The notes beneath the pieces were generated by a model. The model did not search any database and was not told the origin of the DNA. It was given only the letters and a program-made list of their open reading frames with translations. This document shows positions 46,847 to 57,848 of a stretch of 64,000 bases of DNA, one piece after another. The DNA is from a bacterium (GTDB lineage Bacteria; Patescibacteriota; Minisyncoccia; Phycocordibacterales; UBA5272): NCBI GenBank assembly GCA_023267635.1, contig JAHFMX010000003.1:26139-90138 (forward strand). Direction: 5' to 3'. Positions within the stretch are counted from its first letter, which is position 1. Every line of letters starts with the position of its first letter. The position numbers and the translations under genes were made by a program.

Positions 46847-47857
46847 ATGAACAAGAACATAAAAATACACACCCAATCCAGTGGCAAAAATGAGAAGCCT
46901 ATTATTTATCAAGCTGCAAATGGTGCTGTTGAGCTGCGTATGGATATGAGTAAAGAGACAGTGTGGGCAAACCTCAATCAAATTGCAGATATTTTCAATG
47001 TTCAGAAAGCAGCAGTTTCAAAACACCTTAAAAATATCTTTGAGTCTGGGGAGTTAGATCAGAGGGGAACTGTTTCCAAAATGGAAACAGTTCAAATTGA
47101 AGGAAAACGTTCAATTATTCGAGAAATTGAGTATTATAATCTTGACGCCCTTATTTCCGTTGGCTACAGAGTAAATTCAAAGCAGGCGACTGAATTCCGT
47201 AAATGGGCAACGAAGACTCTCAAGGAACATATTACAAAAGGGTATACGATTAATAAGAAAATGATAGGTAAAAACTGGGAAGAATTTTCTCATGCAGTAG
47301 AATCTGCTAAGAAATTCCTTCCTAAAGAATATCAGGCGCTCACAGGTGGACAGGCACTTGATTTGGCCGAACTCTTTGCTCGTACATGGCTATCACTTGA
47401 TGCCTATGACAAACAGTCTCTTGTGATTAAGAAACCGACCAAGAAAAATGTAAAGCTCACTGCGAAGGAGTTACTCACCGCGCTTTCTGATCTGAAATCA
47501 AAGCTCATTACAAAAGGTGAGGCAACAGAACTTTTTGCGACAGACAGACACAAGGAGAGTCTAGAAGGAATTGTTGGGAATGTCATGCAGTCACTTGGAG
47601 GAAAGTATGTATATGAGACTGTAGAAGCAAAAGCAGCACATTTGCTGTACTTTGTTGTGAAGAATCATCCATTTGTCGATGGCAATAAACGAAGCGGTGC
47701 GTTTGCCTTTGTGTGGTTTTTGTAAAAAACTAAATGTTTAGATGTCGGACGTATGACACCTGAAGCACTCACCGCACTCACACTTTTGGTTGCGGAAAGT
47801 AATCCTAGAGACAAGGAAAATATTGTAGCCCTTATTATGAAATTAATAGAGAGATAA
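46847..47857 (+). pseudogene. RhuM-family / Fic-Doc protein interrupted by an in-frame TAA (47723..47725)
   Basis: RhuM-like block IEYYNLDALISVGYRVNSKQATEFRKWAT; Fic/Doc motif HPFVDGNKRSGAF; reading continues in the same frame after the TAA for 43 more codons of Doc-like sequence. Confidence 0.6.
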
Positions 47858-47952
47858 AACTTCCACTTTTCACGTTAATAGAAAAAGAAATGTTAAAGGC
47901 TACTATAAAGCGGCGCCTGTGCCGGTTTATATTGTTTATATTTATACACAGC

Positions 47953-47996
47953 CTCTACAAGGGTACCCCTTGCTAGCAAGGGGTACCCTTGTAGAG
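47953..47996. repeat. 44-bp perfect palindrome
   Basis: ctctacaagggtaccccttgc ta gcaaggggtacccttgtagag; lies 26 bp upstream of the intact secD start. Confidence 0.9.
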
Positions 47997-48021
47997 TGAA
48001 TAGTGATAGAATTGGCGCACT

Positions 48022-49431
48022 ATGAAGCAGAAAATTAAGGCATTGTGGGTACTGGCAGTGGTTGTGGCGCTTGGCGTCTTTTTACTAAAAGGGGATAAAG
48101 ATTTCGTTTTAGGTCTTGATTTAGCAGGTGGATCAGCTCTTACTTACAGAATTGAGACGTCATCTCTCCCAGAAGGCAGCGATGTTTCTGAAAGTGTAAA
48201 CGCACTTCGAGATGTTGTTGAACGTCGAGTAAACCTCTTCGGTGTTACAGAAGCAGGTGTTATGACTTCATACAGTCGTCTTGCTTCTGAATGGAGACTC
48301 GTTGTTGAACTTCCTGGTGTTACTGATGTCAAACAAGCGGCAACACTTATCGGAGAAACTCCTGTCCTTGATTTTCGTACAGCAAAGAAAGACTCTGTAG
48401 TTGGAACTTCTACAGCGGAATTTATTGCAGCGTACGAGCAAACCGCTCTTACTGGTAGATACCTTAAGCGCTCCGCTCTTGTCTTTGACCCAACTACTAA
48501 TCGCCCGATGGTTGAACTTACGTTTGATGATACTGGTGCAAAACTTTTTGCACAGATCACTAAAGCAAATATTGGAAAACAAGTTGCTATCTTCCTAGAC
48601 GGCATGCCTATCTCTGTACCTACTGTTAATGAAGAAATTACAGGCGGGAAAGCCGTAATCTCAGGAACATTCACCATTGAAGAAGCTCGTGTATTAGTTG
48701 GAAGACTAAACGCTGGAGCACTTCCACTCCCAATCACACTCGCTGGAACATCAGTTGTTGGACCATCTCTCGGAGCTGTGTCTGTAGAGAAGGGTATCAA
48801 TGCTGCTATTATCGGCTTCCTCCTCGTTTCAGCTTTCATGCTTCTTTGGTACCGTTTACCTGGACTTGTAGCGGTTGTAGCGCTCGTTTGTTACACCATT
48901 ATCAACCTTGTTGTGTTTAAGGTTGGAATTTCTCCTGCAATGATTATTATCACAGCTACATGTGTTGGATTAGCAATTGCTGTTCACAGATCAATACTAT
49001 TCGGTATTCCTGTTGCGTACGTTATTCTTGCCCTCATTCCAGGTGGACTTGTTCCAGTAACACTTACTGCAGCTGGAATTGCAGGGTTCATCATTTCAGT
49101 TGGTCTTGCAGTGGACGCAAACGTTCTCACATTTGAACGTATGAAAGAAGAGCTTCGAAACGGAAGAAGTCTTAAGGACGCAATCGATATTGGATTCACG
49201 CGTGCGTGGACCTCAATCCGTGATTCGCATACAGCGGCTGTTATTGTGGCAGTTGTTCTCTACATGTTCGGAACATCAATCGTGAAAGGATTTGCGATTA
49301 CATTCTTCCTAGGAGCAATTCTTTCTCTTGTGTCTGCGCAAATGATTACTCGTGTATTCCTCGCGTCACTTGTTCCAGCAAAGTTGGGAAGATTTATGAG
49401 GTTCTTGTTTGGTAGCGGCTTTAGCAAATAA
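48022..49431 (+). CDS. secD: protein translocase subunit SecD
   Basis: N-terminal TM, periplasmic domain, C-terminal six TM helices with SecD/SecF signature. Confidence 0.85.
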   Translation: MKQKIKALWVLAVVVALGVFLLKGDKDFVLGLDLAGGSALTYRIETSSLPEGSDVSESVNALRDVVERRVNLFGVTEAGVMTSYSRLASEWRLVVELPGVTDVKQAATLIGETPVLDFRTAKKDSVVGTSTAEFIAAYEQTALTGRYLKRSALVFDPTTNRPMVELTFDDTGAKLFAQITKANIGKQVAIFLDGMPISVPTVNEEITGGKAVISGTFTIEEARVLVGRLNAGALPLPITLAGTSVVGPSLGAVSVEKGINAAIIGFLLVSAFMLLWYRLPGLVAVVALVCYTIINLVVFKVGISPAMIIITATCVGLAIAVHRSILFGIPVAYVILALIPGGLVPVTLTAAGIAGFIISVGLAVDANVLTFERMKEELRNGRSLKDAIDIGFTRAWTSIRDSHTAAVIVAVVLYMFGTSIVKGFAITFFLGAILSLVSAQMITRVFLASLVPAKLGRFMRFLFGSGFSK

Positions 49432-49441
49432 TTAAATACGT

Positions 49442-50311
49442 ATGTTTATCGTCAAATACAAATCAATCTTTATCGGTCTCGCAGTTGTTCTTGTGCTTAC
49501 ATCGTTTGCTCTTATGGCAAAGTTCGGCATTCGACAGGGAGTTGATTTCACAGGTGGAACAGTTATCGAAACAAGATACGTTGCTGATATGCCAGAGACT
49601 ATCGATGTCGCAGGATTGCAGGCACAGGACATTAGAAGTTTCAAAACAGGGACATCAACGTATAAGTTTATTTCTACAAAGTCATATGACGAACTTCGAC
49701 CTGTCCTTATCGAAGCTGTAGCGCAGGGAAAGTATATATATGAGGAGACACAGGTAAACACAGTTGGTCCAACCCTTGGTCTTGAGCTTAAAAGAAAAGC
49801 AGGTATCGCGATTGCGGTTGTGGTACTTGCTATTCTAGCCTTTATTGCTTTCTCATTCCGTGAAGTATCACGCCCAGTGTCATCATGGAAGTATGGAGTT
49901 ATCGCGATGGTAACGCTCCTTCATGACATTATCGTGCCAACAGGAGTGTACGTCCTCCTCTCGTACTACTTTGGAGCAGAAATCGACACGCTCTTTGTAA
50001 TCGCTCTCCTTACAATATTGGGTATTTCTATCTCTGACAAGATTGTGGTGTTCGACAGAATTCGTGAAAACCTTAAGAGTGGGAATATCAAAAACTTTGA
50101 TGACGTTGTAGGGGTTAGTCTCAAGCAGACGTTTACTCGTTCAATCAATACATCAGTTACAGTGATCCTAGCTCTCGTAGCGTTATTCTACTTCGGCCCA
50201 GAGGCAACAAAGTTCTTCGCACTCACTCTTACCATTGGTATGATTGTGGGAACATATTCTTCAATCTTCGTAGCATCTCCTTTGCTTACGGTGTGGAATA
50301 AGGGTAAGTAA
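49442..50311 (+). CDS. secF: protein translocase subunit SecF
   Basis: DFTGGT motif and SecF TM bundle; immediately follows secD. Confidence 0.85.
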   Translation: MFIVKYKSIFIGLAVVLVLTSFALMAKFGIRQGVDFTGGTVIETRYVADMPETIDVAGLQAQDIRSFKTGTSTYKFISTKSYDELRPVLIEAVAQGKYIYEETQVNTVGPTLGLELKRKAGIAIAVVVLAILAFIAFSFREVSRPVSSWKYGVIAMVTLLHDIIVPTGVYVLLSYYFGAEIDTLFVIALLTILGISISDKIVVFDRIRENLKSGNIKNFDDVVGVSLKQTFTRSINTSVTVILALVALFYFGPEATKFFALTLTIGMIVGTYSSIFVASPLLTVWNKGK

Positions 50312-50349
50312 ATAGCTAATAGCACACAGGAAATAGTGAATACAGTAAG

Positions 50350-50376
50350 CCGCCCCGTAGGGGCGGCTTTTGGTTT
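50350..50376 (+). terminator. Rho-independent terminator after secF
   Basis: gccgcccc gta ggggcggc tttt. Confidence 0.6.
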
Positions 50377-50524
50377 CTGTCAGGGCGCTAAGGCGAACTA
50401 CGGGGTTGGACCTTATAGTTCAATATCTCCGCATTGCGGTACGGTAACGATTTTGTCTATTCGGTGTTTGTTGTATATGCCATACTTTTAGTGTATATGG
50501 AGCAGGTGGTTAATTTATAAAAAT

Positions 50525-51724
50525 ATGGAACCAATAAAAACAACAAGTAGTTCTTCTTATAAAAGAATAGGCACCATTGCCTTAAGTGTAATTGTTGTAT
50601 TTTCTCTTTTATATATTTATATATATAATGCATCAAAAAATAAAACCCCTAAAAATGGAACTTCAAATGAAGAGCGTGTTAATGCTTATCGAATGAGTCT
50701 GCTTAGCAATGAGCCAGCCGCTCTTCAGGAAAATTTTGTAAAGGATGTTAAATTAGGGGTTAACGATATGTACACAAAATCAGATGTGTATTTTATCACA
50801 CATAGATTTTTTGATAATAATGGAAATATATATGAGATATATGATTTTATAGAACTTCACCCAGAACTTGCTTTCTTAAAAGAAGCCGAGACTATTTATC
50901 CAGGAGTCTTTGAAAAAATAAAAAACAGAACCCTCTCTTCTATTGCTACAGATTCTGGTTACTATGCTTATCTTGCATATGTAGAAATCTTAATGAAATA
51001 TGGCTATACAGATATTGCAGCAGTCGGAACTGCTGCTGGTCAGTATGCTAAACTTGCTTATGTTACAACAGAAATAGCAAAAGAAATGCCTAAAAATGAA
51101 GGGGTTGAACGTTCAAAATACGCAAAAAGAAATATTAAAAAATCTGCAGATTTTTTAGTGTTTGCTACAAAAGATGTTGAAAGAATACTCAACGGAGAAT
51201 TAACTTCAAAGGATATCATCCCTCAAGATATTCTCGTGGGACTTAATCAATATGCTGCCGCGCTACGATATCGTGAAGCGCTCGGGTTTAAACATTTTTC
51301 ACCTAAAATGGTAGAGTCACTTAACAAAATTGGAGTTAAGGCATCTTCAATAAAAACACCAGAACAGATCTTTGCTTTCACAACAGAGTACTCTCATCGC
51401 TTTGTGCCTGAATTAAATCTATTTACGTCTCTCTTAAATGCTTCGACACTGGCCATTTTAGCATCAAGCACTCCTCAGGATATAAAAGTTGCCCTGTATC
51501 CTCTTCTTGATTTTGATACAAAGAATACTAGAAATGCTAATTTTTTAAAGATAGGAATTATTCCTAAAATATTAGACTCAAGATTTGAGAAAAAGCCTGA
51601 TAACATAGGGGAAACCGCAATGGATATTTATAGCAAAAGAAATACCTTAAGACTTGCAAACAAAGTCCCAGAATTCAAAGCCTGGCTCATGTTAAATGGG
51701 TGGGTTGAAGCTGATTTTAAGTAA
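50525..51724 (+). CDS. copy 2 of membrane-anchored paralog A
   Basis: Identical to 39523..40722. Confidence 0.5.
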   Translation: MEPIKTTSSSSYKRIGTIALSVIVVFSLLYIYIYNASKNKTPKNGTSNEERVNAYRMSLLSNEPAALQENFVKDVKLGVNDMYTKSDVYFITHRFFDNNGNIYEIYDFIELHPELAFLKEAETIYPGVFEKIKNRTLSSIATDSGYYAYLAYVEILMKYGYTDIAAVGTAAGQYAKLAYVTTEIAKEMPKNEGVERSKYAKRNIKKSADFLVFATKDVERILNGELTSKDIIPQDILVGLNQYAAALRYREALGFKHFSPKMVESLNKIGVKASSIKTPEQIFAFTTEYSHRFVPELNLFTSLLNASTLAILASSTPQDIKVALYPLLDFDTKNTRNANFLKIGIIPKILDSRFEKKPDNIGETAMDIYSKRNTLRLANKVPEFKAWLMLNGWVEADFK

Positions 51725-52856
51725 TTTCTTGAAAGCTAAACTACTAAAAAGTCTAAAAAAGAGGAAAAATGTAGCCCTCCTATGTCTAGCGGTATTGTTT
51801 CTTACGTCAGGGGTGCTTTTCTATGAGAAAGTTATTTTGTCACAAATTAGAGCAACAGAGTATCAAAACGCCATTCAGGAAAATCTTTTCCAAAATAACC
51901 CACAATCACTTCAAGCTTTTTTTGTAAGAGACATTGCAAATGGTGTGAATGATATGTATACAAAATCAGTTGCGCATTTTCTTGTCCGTAGATATTTTAA
52001 TAACGGTGGAAATATTTACGAGGTATTTAATTATGTGGATAGCCACAAAGAATTAGCTTTCTTAAAAGAAGCCGAGACTATTTATCCTGAAATGTTTGAA
52101 TTTGTGAAAAATAAACGATTACCTTTTACATATTCTGATCAAGGTATGTACGCTTCTCTTGCTTATTTTGAAATCTTAGAAAGAAATAATTATGCAGATA
52201 TTTCAACACTCGGGACAGTTGCAAATCAGTATGCAAAAATGGCCTATTACAAAGAGCTTATTCTAGACAATCAGTCTAAAGGTAAAGATCTAGATTACCC
52301 AAAATATAGTAAAAGCCAAGTTCAAAACGACACCAATAAAGCTATTCTTTTTATAAAAAAATCTCAAGGAACCATCACAAAAATTGTTGAAGAAAAATTA
52401 ACCGCAAAAGACATTCCTAGTTTTAATATCTTGATTGGTGCCGTGGAGTATGCTTCTGCTTTAAGATATTTTCAAGCCCTAAATGTTGATTTCTCTTCAG
52501 TAATTTCATCAGAAAAAGTTTTCGTCTTCGCAGTATCGTATTCGTATCACTTTCTCCCAGAGGCTTATTTATCTACGTCTCTTACAAATGCTGCGACTCT
52601 CCTTTTGATTGAATCAACTAACAGCAATCAGCTACGATCTGCAATCTACCCCTTTCTTGACCTTAGTTCAAAGGTAAATAAAAAAACAGGAAGTATTTTA
52701 GATAAGGTTTTGAAAGCAAAATTTAAAGAATCTGTATCAAGATTTGAAGATTTGAATATATATAGCACTATTAATATAGTAAAAATTGCAAACATAGTCC
52801 CAGAATTCAAAGCCTGGCTTATGTTAAATGGATGGGTTGAAGCTGATTTTAAGTAA
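51696..52856 (+). CDS. copy 2 of membrane-anchored paralog B
   Basis: Identical to 40694..41854. Confidence 0.45.
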   Translation: MGGLKLILSNFLKAKLLKSLKKRKNVALLCLAVLFLTSGVLFYEKVILSQIRATEYQNAIQENLFQNNPQSLQAFFVRDIANGVNDMYTKSVAHFLVRRYFNNGGNIYEVFNYVDSHKELAFLKEAETIYPEMFEFVKNKRLPFTYSDQGMYASLAYFEILERNNYADISTLGTVANQYAKMAYYKELILDNQSKGKDLDYPKYSKSQVQNDTNKAILFIKKSQGTITKIVEEKLTAKDIPSFNILIGAVEYASALRYFQALNVDFSSVISSEKVFVFAVSYSYHFLPEAYLSTSLTNAATLLLIESTNSNQLRSAIYPFLDLSSKVNKKTGSILDKVLKAKFKESVSRFEDLNIYSTINIVKIANIVPEFKAWLMLNGWVEADFK

Positions 52857-52871
52857 TTTCTTGAAAGCTAA

Positions 52872-53579
52872 CTAACTATTTTTAATAGTTATTCTTGGAA
52901 TTGTTATACCATTTGAGAGTGAAAGTATGAGCTCTATTGTGTCAACAGTTCTTTCAACGTACATAATCTCAAGAGCTTCCTTTCTTAGGGTATCTTTTGT
53001 ATATAATTTTCTATTTACCTTCTCGTAAAGTATTTCAGTTACTGGTATTGAGTCCTTTTTTAGATTTTTTGTTAAAAATCTACTAAACGAAGTTACTGTA
53101 CCATTGCTTAAACTATTTATTAGTCCTGTATTTTTTGAACGAAAATCACTATACAAATTCATGTTAATAATTAATCCACCTGCCTGCTTTTTCATTAAAG
53201 GTATCACAGCTTTAGAAACAAGTATTGGCCCTAAAAGATTCATCTCTAGAAGTTTTTTTATTTCTTTTTCATTGCTATTTTCTAGTTTAGTATCAGCAAC
53301 TAAATAACTACCGTTAATCAAACAATCAATTGATCCGTAGGTTTCCATGATTTTTTGCAGGACACTTTCTATGTTTAAGAGACTTGTTGTATCCATTGCA
53401 ATACCCTCACACTTTACTCCTTGAGTAGTTTTTACACCCTGTTCCACAGGGTGAGGTGTACATATTATTACTCTATACTTAGAAGTAAGTCTTTTTGCTA
53501 AAGCTTTTGCAAGATCGTCTATGCCATTGATAATAAGTATAACCTTCATATTCAATAGTTTACCATATTGAGATGGCAA
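52872..53579 (-). CDS. copy 2 of SDR-like protein
   Basis: Identical to 41870..42577. Confidence 0.45.
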   Translation of the reverse strand: MPSQYGKLLNMKVILIINGIDDLAKALAKRLTSKYRVIICTPHPVEQGVKTTQGVKCEGIAMDTTSLLNIESVLQKIMETYGSIDCLINGSYLVADTKLENSNEKEIKKLLEMNLLGPILVSKAVIPLMKKQAGGLIINMNLYSDFRSKNTGLINSLSNGTVTSFSRFLTKNLKKDSIPVTEILYEKVNRKLYTKDTLRKEALEIMYVERTVDTIELILSLSNGITIPRITIKNS

Positions 53580-53854
53580 TAAATAAAATCTTCACAGCAA
53601 GCTGACGAGATGTCATGTGTCGTTGGCAGGGGATCAATATCCAAATCCCCGATCTGTTTATGGTCGACAGACATCCGGGGGGGGGTATTTGTTACACAGT
53701 GAGTTGTATTGGAGTTAGACTATAAAAAAATGGATTAAAAATCAAATAAACCTTGTAAGGCTTTGATTAAAGTAGTGTACTTTGAATACTGTTATTTTAT
53801 GTTGATTAGTGTGTGGTATGTTAGTATGTAGAAGTAAGTTCTTTTAAATAGGAG

Positions 53855-55285
53855 ATGAAAATGCAAATGTTTACGCAAACTCAAGGCCTTGTCATATTAG
53901 CTGTATACGCTCTTATGCTTTACGCTGTCATCTGGTCTTTCTCAAGAGGATTCCGTTTCAGTAAGCTAAACTTTTTAGTAGCTGGGAGGGAAATAGGTAA
54001 AATCCCAGCTGCTTTTTCAATCGCCGCCACATGGATTTGGGCACCCTCCCTTTTTGTGTCTTCGGAAAAAGCCTACACCCAAGGTTGGGTTGGTTTGTTT
54101 TGGTTCCTTGTGCCAAACATAAGTTGTTTGATCTTGTTTTCCTTTTTCGCTAAGAAAATCCGATCGTTGTTTCCAGATGGTTTTACGCTGTCTGGTTATA
54201 TGAAAGAACGTTATTCCAAGCGAGTTCACTTTGTTTATTTGTTTGCTTTAACAGGTTTGGCTACTTGTTCTTTTGCTGTTCAACTGCTTGCTGGAGGACA
54301 AATAATCTCAACAATAAGTGGTTTGCCTTATGTAACGGTAACAATCATCCTGGCCTTAATACCCGTTGGCTATTCGTTATATTCTGGACTTAGGGCTTCA
54401 ATCATTAGTGATTTTGTTCAAATGGTTGTGATTTTGCTTGTTGGACTAGGAGTGGTTTTGGGGGCTGTTTATGCAAGCGGTGGTATCGAAACGGTCTGGA
54501 AAGGCTTAAATGGAAAAACTGGCACGTATACAGATTTGTTTTCTGGCGATGGTTTGAATGTTTTTTACACGTTTGGCATACCAGTTACTATCGGTTTGTT
54601 GTCTGGGCCATTTGGAGATCAGAGCTTTTGGCAAAGAGCCTTTTCGATAAAAAGAAAAGTTGTACAACCTGCTTTTGTGATTGCCGCCTTTGTGTTTGGG
54701 GTTGTGCCGCTGACTCTTTCGGTGCTTGGTTTTATCGCTGCAGGGACAGGGATAAACATAAAAAATACATCCCAAGTGAATATGGAAGTGGTGGCAAATT
54801 TCCTCCCGGGATGGGTGATTGTTCCTTTTGTTTATTTGTTGCTTTCTGGTTTAGTGTCGACTCTTGACTCTAACCTGTCGGCAATATCAAGTCTTGCCGG
54901 ACATGATATCCTTGAACGGAAGAAAGGGGACAGTGCCAACAGGAGAGACGTCCTAAGGTATTCAAAAGGCTCGATGTTGATTTTGGTCGTTGGTGGCATT
55001 GCCATTGCCAATATTCCAGGACTGACCATTCTCTACTTGTTTCTGTTTTATGGAACACTTAGGTCGTCGACATTGCTCCCGACAATTATTACCCTCCTGA
55101 AGAAAGATGTGAGTGAAGTTGGAATGTTCTGGGGCATAATCACATCTCTTTCCGTTGGACTTCCGATTTTTGCTTATGGGAATCTACATAAAGTTGTTCC
55201 AATGGTTATCGGGGGTTCCTTGTTTACTGTTCTGGCCTCTGGGGTAATAGTTCTTGTGGTTAGTTTTGCTGTAAGAAAAAAATAG
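53855..55285 (+). CDS. copy 2 of SSF transporter
   Basis: Identical to 42853..44283. Confidence 0.55.
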   Translation: MKMQMFTQTQGLVILAVYALMLYAVIWSFSRGFRFSKLNFLVAGREIGKIPAAFSIAATWIWAPSLFVSSEKAYTQGWVGLFWFLVPNISCLILFSFFAKKIRSLFPDGFTLSGYMKERYSKRVHFVYLFALTGLATCSFAVQLLAGGQIISTISGLPYVTVTIILALIPVGYSLYSGLRASIISDFVQMVVILLVGLGVVLGAVYASGGIETVWKGLNGKTGTYTDLFSGDGLNVFYTFGIPVTIGLLSGPFGDQSFWQRAFSIKRKVVQPAFVIAAFVFGVVPLTLSVLGFIAAGTGINIKNTSQVNMEVVANFLPGWVIVPFVYLLLSGLVSTLDSNLSAISSLAGHDILERKKGDSANRRDVLRYSKGSMLILVVGGIAIANIPGLTILYLFLFYGTLRSSTLLPTIITLLKKDVSEVGMFWGIITSLSVGLPIFAYGNLHKVVPMVIGGSLFTVLASGVIVLVVSFAVRKK

Positions 55286-55362
55286 TAGGAGGTGTTTCCT
55301 TTAGTAAGGGGCGATATTTAATTTATATCGCCCTTTTTATTTTTTTAAGTTATAATTAAAAA

Positions 55363-56055
55363 ATGAACATCCTAAAATTTTTTAGTAAAAGAAAAAAAGA
55401 AAAAGACTTCACCTACAAGTATTATTGTTTATTAGACATCAATACTAGCGGTTTATTAGTTATAAGAAAAAATTTTCAGTGCATGAATTTTCTTAAAGAA
55501 TATACACTAGACACCACTTTGGTTGGGCTTTTTTCCTCAAATTTTTTTGAGGAAAAGTTTTTCTCTAGGTTAGAAACTTCATCTGACTGTTACCGTTTTC
55601 GTTGGGATTCTAGTAAAAATCTATTTGTGAAAAATAAAAATATTACTAATTTATTACAGGAAAAATCTTTTCTTGCTAGTACGAAATATGATCTGTTGGA
55701 GGATATTTCTTCACGGATAATCTCTTTTAGAGGTCGTGTAAAAAAAACTTTACCTTATCAAGAAACAATATATTTAACAAAAAAACATCAAGCAGAGAGA
55801 TTTAAGGACAGAGGATATCCTGAGAGTGAATTGCTAGAATACCCCTATGTTTTACAATATGCTGATTTGAAAAAAATATCACTCAAACAAGCAGCAGATA
55901 CGATATTACTCAAATCAAGTATTGATGATGGAATGTTAGCAAAAACAGAGCTTTTACGACTCAAGTATTTTAATAAAGTAAGAGAATCCTCTTCTAAGGA
56001 AGAATTAGAAAATACGCACAAAGAATTTTTGTTAGATTTTAATATTAAAATATGA
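55363..56055 (+). CDS. copy 2 of hypothetical protein
   Basis: Identical to 44361..45053. Confidence 0.4.
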   Translation: MNILKFFSKRKKEKDFTYKYYCLLDINTSGLLVIRKNFQCMNFLKEYTLDTTLVGLFSSNFFEEKFFSRLETSSDCYRFRWDSSKNLFVKNKNITNLLQEKSFLASTKYDLLEDISSRIISFRGRVKKTLPYQETIYLTKKHQAERFKDRGYPESELLEYPYVLQYADLKKISLKQAADTILLKSSIDDGMLAKTELLRLKYFNKVRESSSKEELENTHKEFLLDFNIKI

Positions 56056-57146
56056 ATAAATTGTTGTATTATAAACCGCGGATAGTTAATGATGTCGAAA
56101 ATTATGATCTCCCAGGAATTAAAAAATTCTCTCATTTTTTCAAGATTTTCGCACATGACGTTGTTATTGTAGACAGAACAAAAACAATAAAAGTACCAGT
56201 TCATACCAAAATTTTATTTCCAATACCAAAATTTAGGTTAATGTCTAAGACATACGAAGAAATTTGTAACGAAAGAGCGATAGAGTTGTTAAATAAAGCA
56301 GACACAATGAAAGTAAGTCTATGTGTTTTCTACTCGGGAGGCATTGATTCTACACTGGTTATGGTTTCCTTGCTTAAAAATGCTACGGAAGAGCAAAAGA
56401 AAAATATAGTAGTATTACTCTCCGAGGAGTCAATTTCAGAAAATCCTAATTTTTACAAAGAGTACATACAAGGAAAACTTAAAGTGGAGTCGTCTGCAAA
56501 TTTCCCGTATATAGTCGGGACAAATGCTCTACTTGTAACAGGGGAGCACAATGATCAATTATTTGGCTCTGATGCTGTTGGTAATCTTATGAGAATTTTT
56601 GGAGAAGAGATTATAAATAAACCCTATGATAGAAATTTATTTATAAAATTTTTCAATACTATTGAGAATGATATTGAAATGAATACTTTCTATGTAGATT
56701 TGTTTGAAAAATTGTGTGCTAATGCTCCAGTTCAAATAAAAACAAATTTTCAGTTTCTTTGGTGGATTAATTTTTCTTTGAAATGGCAAACTGTTTTTAT
56801 GAGAGTTCTTGTGTTCACCGCTAATCGTAATGTATCAAAAATTACACCAGAATATATAAGTACAAATTATTTTACTTTTTACAATACTGAGGATTTTCAA
56901 TTATGGAGCATGAATAATTTAGATAAAAGAATAAAAAACACTTGGAGCAGTTATAAATGGGTATGTAAAGATATTATTTACGAATACACAAAGGATGCAG
57001 ATTATCGAGATAACAAAACAAAGGTTGGGTCATTAGCTAAAATAATGATTGGTAGCGGCTCTTACAATTTTATAGATGATGCTTATCATTTCTATAAAGA
57101 ATTACCTGTAGAAGAATATTATAACGAGGATAATGATTTTGTATAA
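56052..57146 (+). CDS. copy 2 of AsnB-like PP-loop protein
   Basis: Identical to 45050..46144. Confidence 0.5.
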   Translation: MNKLLYYKPRIVNDVENYDLPGIKKFSHFFKIFAHDVVIVDRTKTIKVPVHTKILFPIPKFRLMSKTYEEICNERAIELLNKADTMKVSLCVFYSGGIDSTLVMVSLLKNATEEQKKNIVVLLSEESISENPNFYKEYIQGKLKVESSANFPYIVGTNALLVTGEHNDQLFGSDAVGNLMRIFGEEIINKPYDRNLFIKFFNTIENDIEMNTFYVDLFEKLCANAPVQIKTNFQFLWWINFSLKWQTVFMRVLVFTANRNVSKITPEYISTNYFTFYNTEDFQLWSMNNLDKRIKNTWSSYKWVCKDIIYEYTKDADYRDNKTKVGSLAKIMIGSGSYNFIDDAYHFYKELPVEEYYNEDNDFV

Positions 57147-57213
57147 ACTACTTTAAATTTTGGAATTTGTACTATATGTGATGTAAATCTTTTTAGGATA
57201 GAATACGGCCACT

Positions 57214-57390
57214 ATGAAGCAGAAAATTAAGGCATTGTGGGTACTGTTAGCAGTTGTGGCGCTTGGCGTCTTTTTACTAAAGGCTAATCCATCTGCTGGA
57301 TCTCTTGCAGATGGACGCCCGTCCGCCGTAGGCGGATTAGGGGGAGGGTTCGTTTTAGGTCTTGATTTAGCAGGTGGATCAGCACTCTAA
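57214..57390 (+). pseudogene. copy 2 of secD 5' fragment
   Basis: Identical to 46212..46388. Confidence 0.7.
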
Positions 57391-57555
57391 CTAAATAACC
57401 ATTGATTTTCTGAAACGAAAAGCACGACACCGAAGGTGTTGTGCTTTTTAATTTATTGCGCGTAGCTTTTCTTTAGGTATTAACTGCTTGGGTGTTGATG
57501 TATTGGTTAAAGTAGTGTACTCTCCTGTAAAGTACTAACTTTACAGGAGAGTACA

Positions 57556-57744
57556 ATGAAGGTTCGTAAGATGAAGCATAGGCTTCCCTCGATAACTGAT
57601 GTTATCTGCTACCGAGATAGGCACGGCGTAGTGACCAAGACGTGTCATAAAACTCCTCAAGGTCACTACATTACTACAATTGCAGTTGGTCCGCCTTCCA
57701 TGTCAACCAAAGAGGCTATACGGTTGGCAAAGTTGCAAACGTGA
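57556..57744 (+). CDS. copy 2 of small basic hypothetical protein
   Basis: Identical to 46554..46742. Confidence 0.35.
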   Translation: MKVRKMKHRLPSITDVICYRDRHGVVTKTCHKTPQGHYITTIAVGPPSMSTKEAIRLAKLQT

Positions 57745-57848
57745 GGAGGATAATTGTTTACTTTGCGAGCGCGGACTACGTCCGCGCTTTTCTTTTTATC
57801 CCCACAAAATTATTGTATATAGAACGAATGTTCTAGTATACTTACACC

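Larger units (their letters stand above)
39500..50501. repeat. tandem direct repeat, unit 1 (11,002 bp)
   Basis: All ORFs 39523..50311 reappear identically at +11002; intergenic spot checks, including a G9 tract, are identical. Confidence 0.95.

Noticed and set aside
47700-47860. Programmed +1 or -1 frameshift in the RhuM/Fic-Doc gene at the T5-G-T-A6 tract
   Set aside because: The downstream Doc-like sequence is in the same frame as the upstream part. The interruption is a single in-frame TAA, so this is a nonsense mutation (or sequencing error), not a frameshift.
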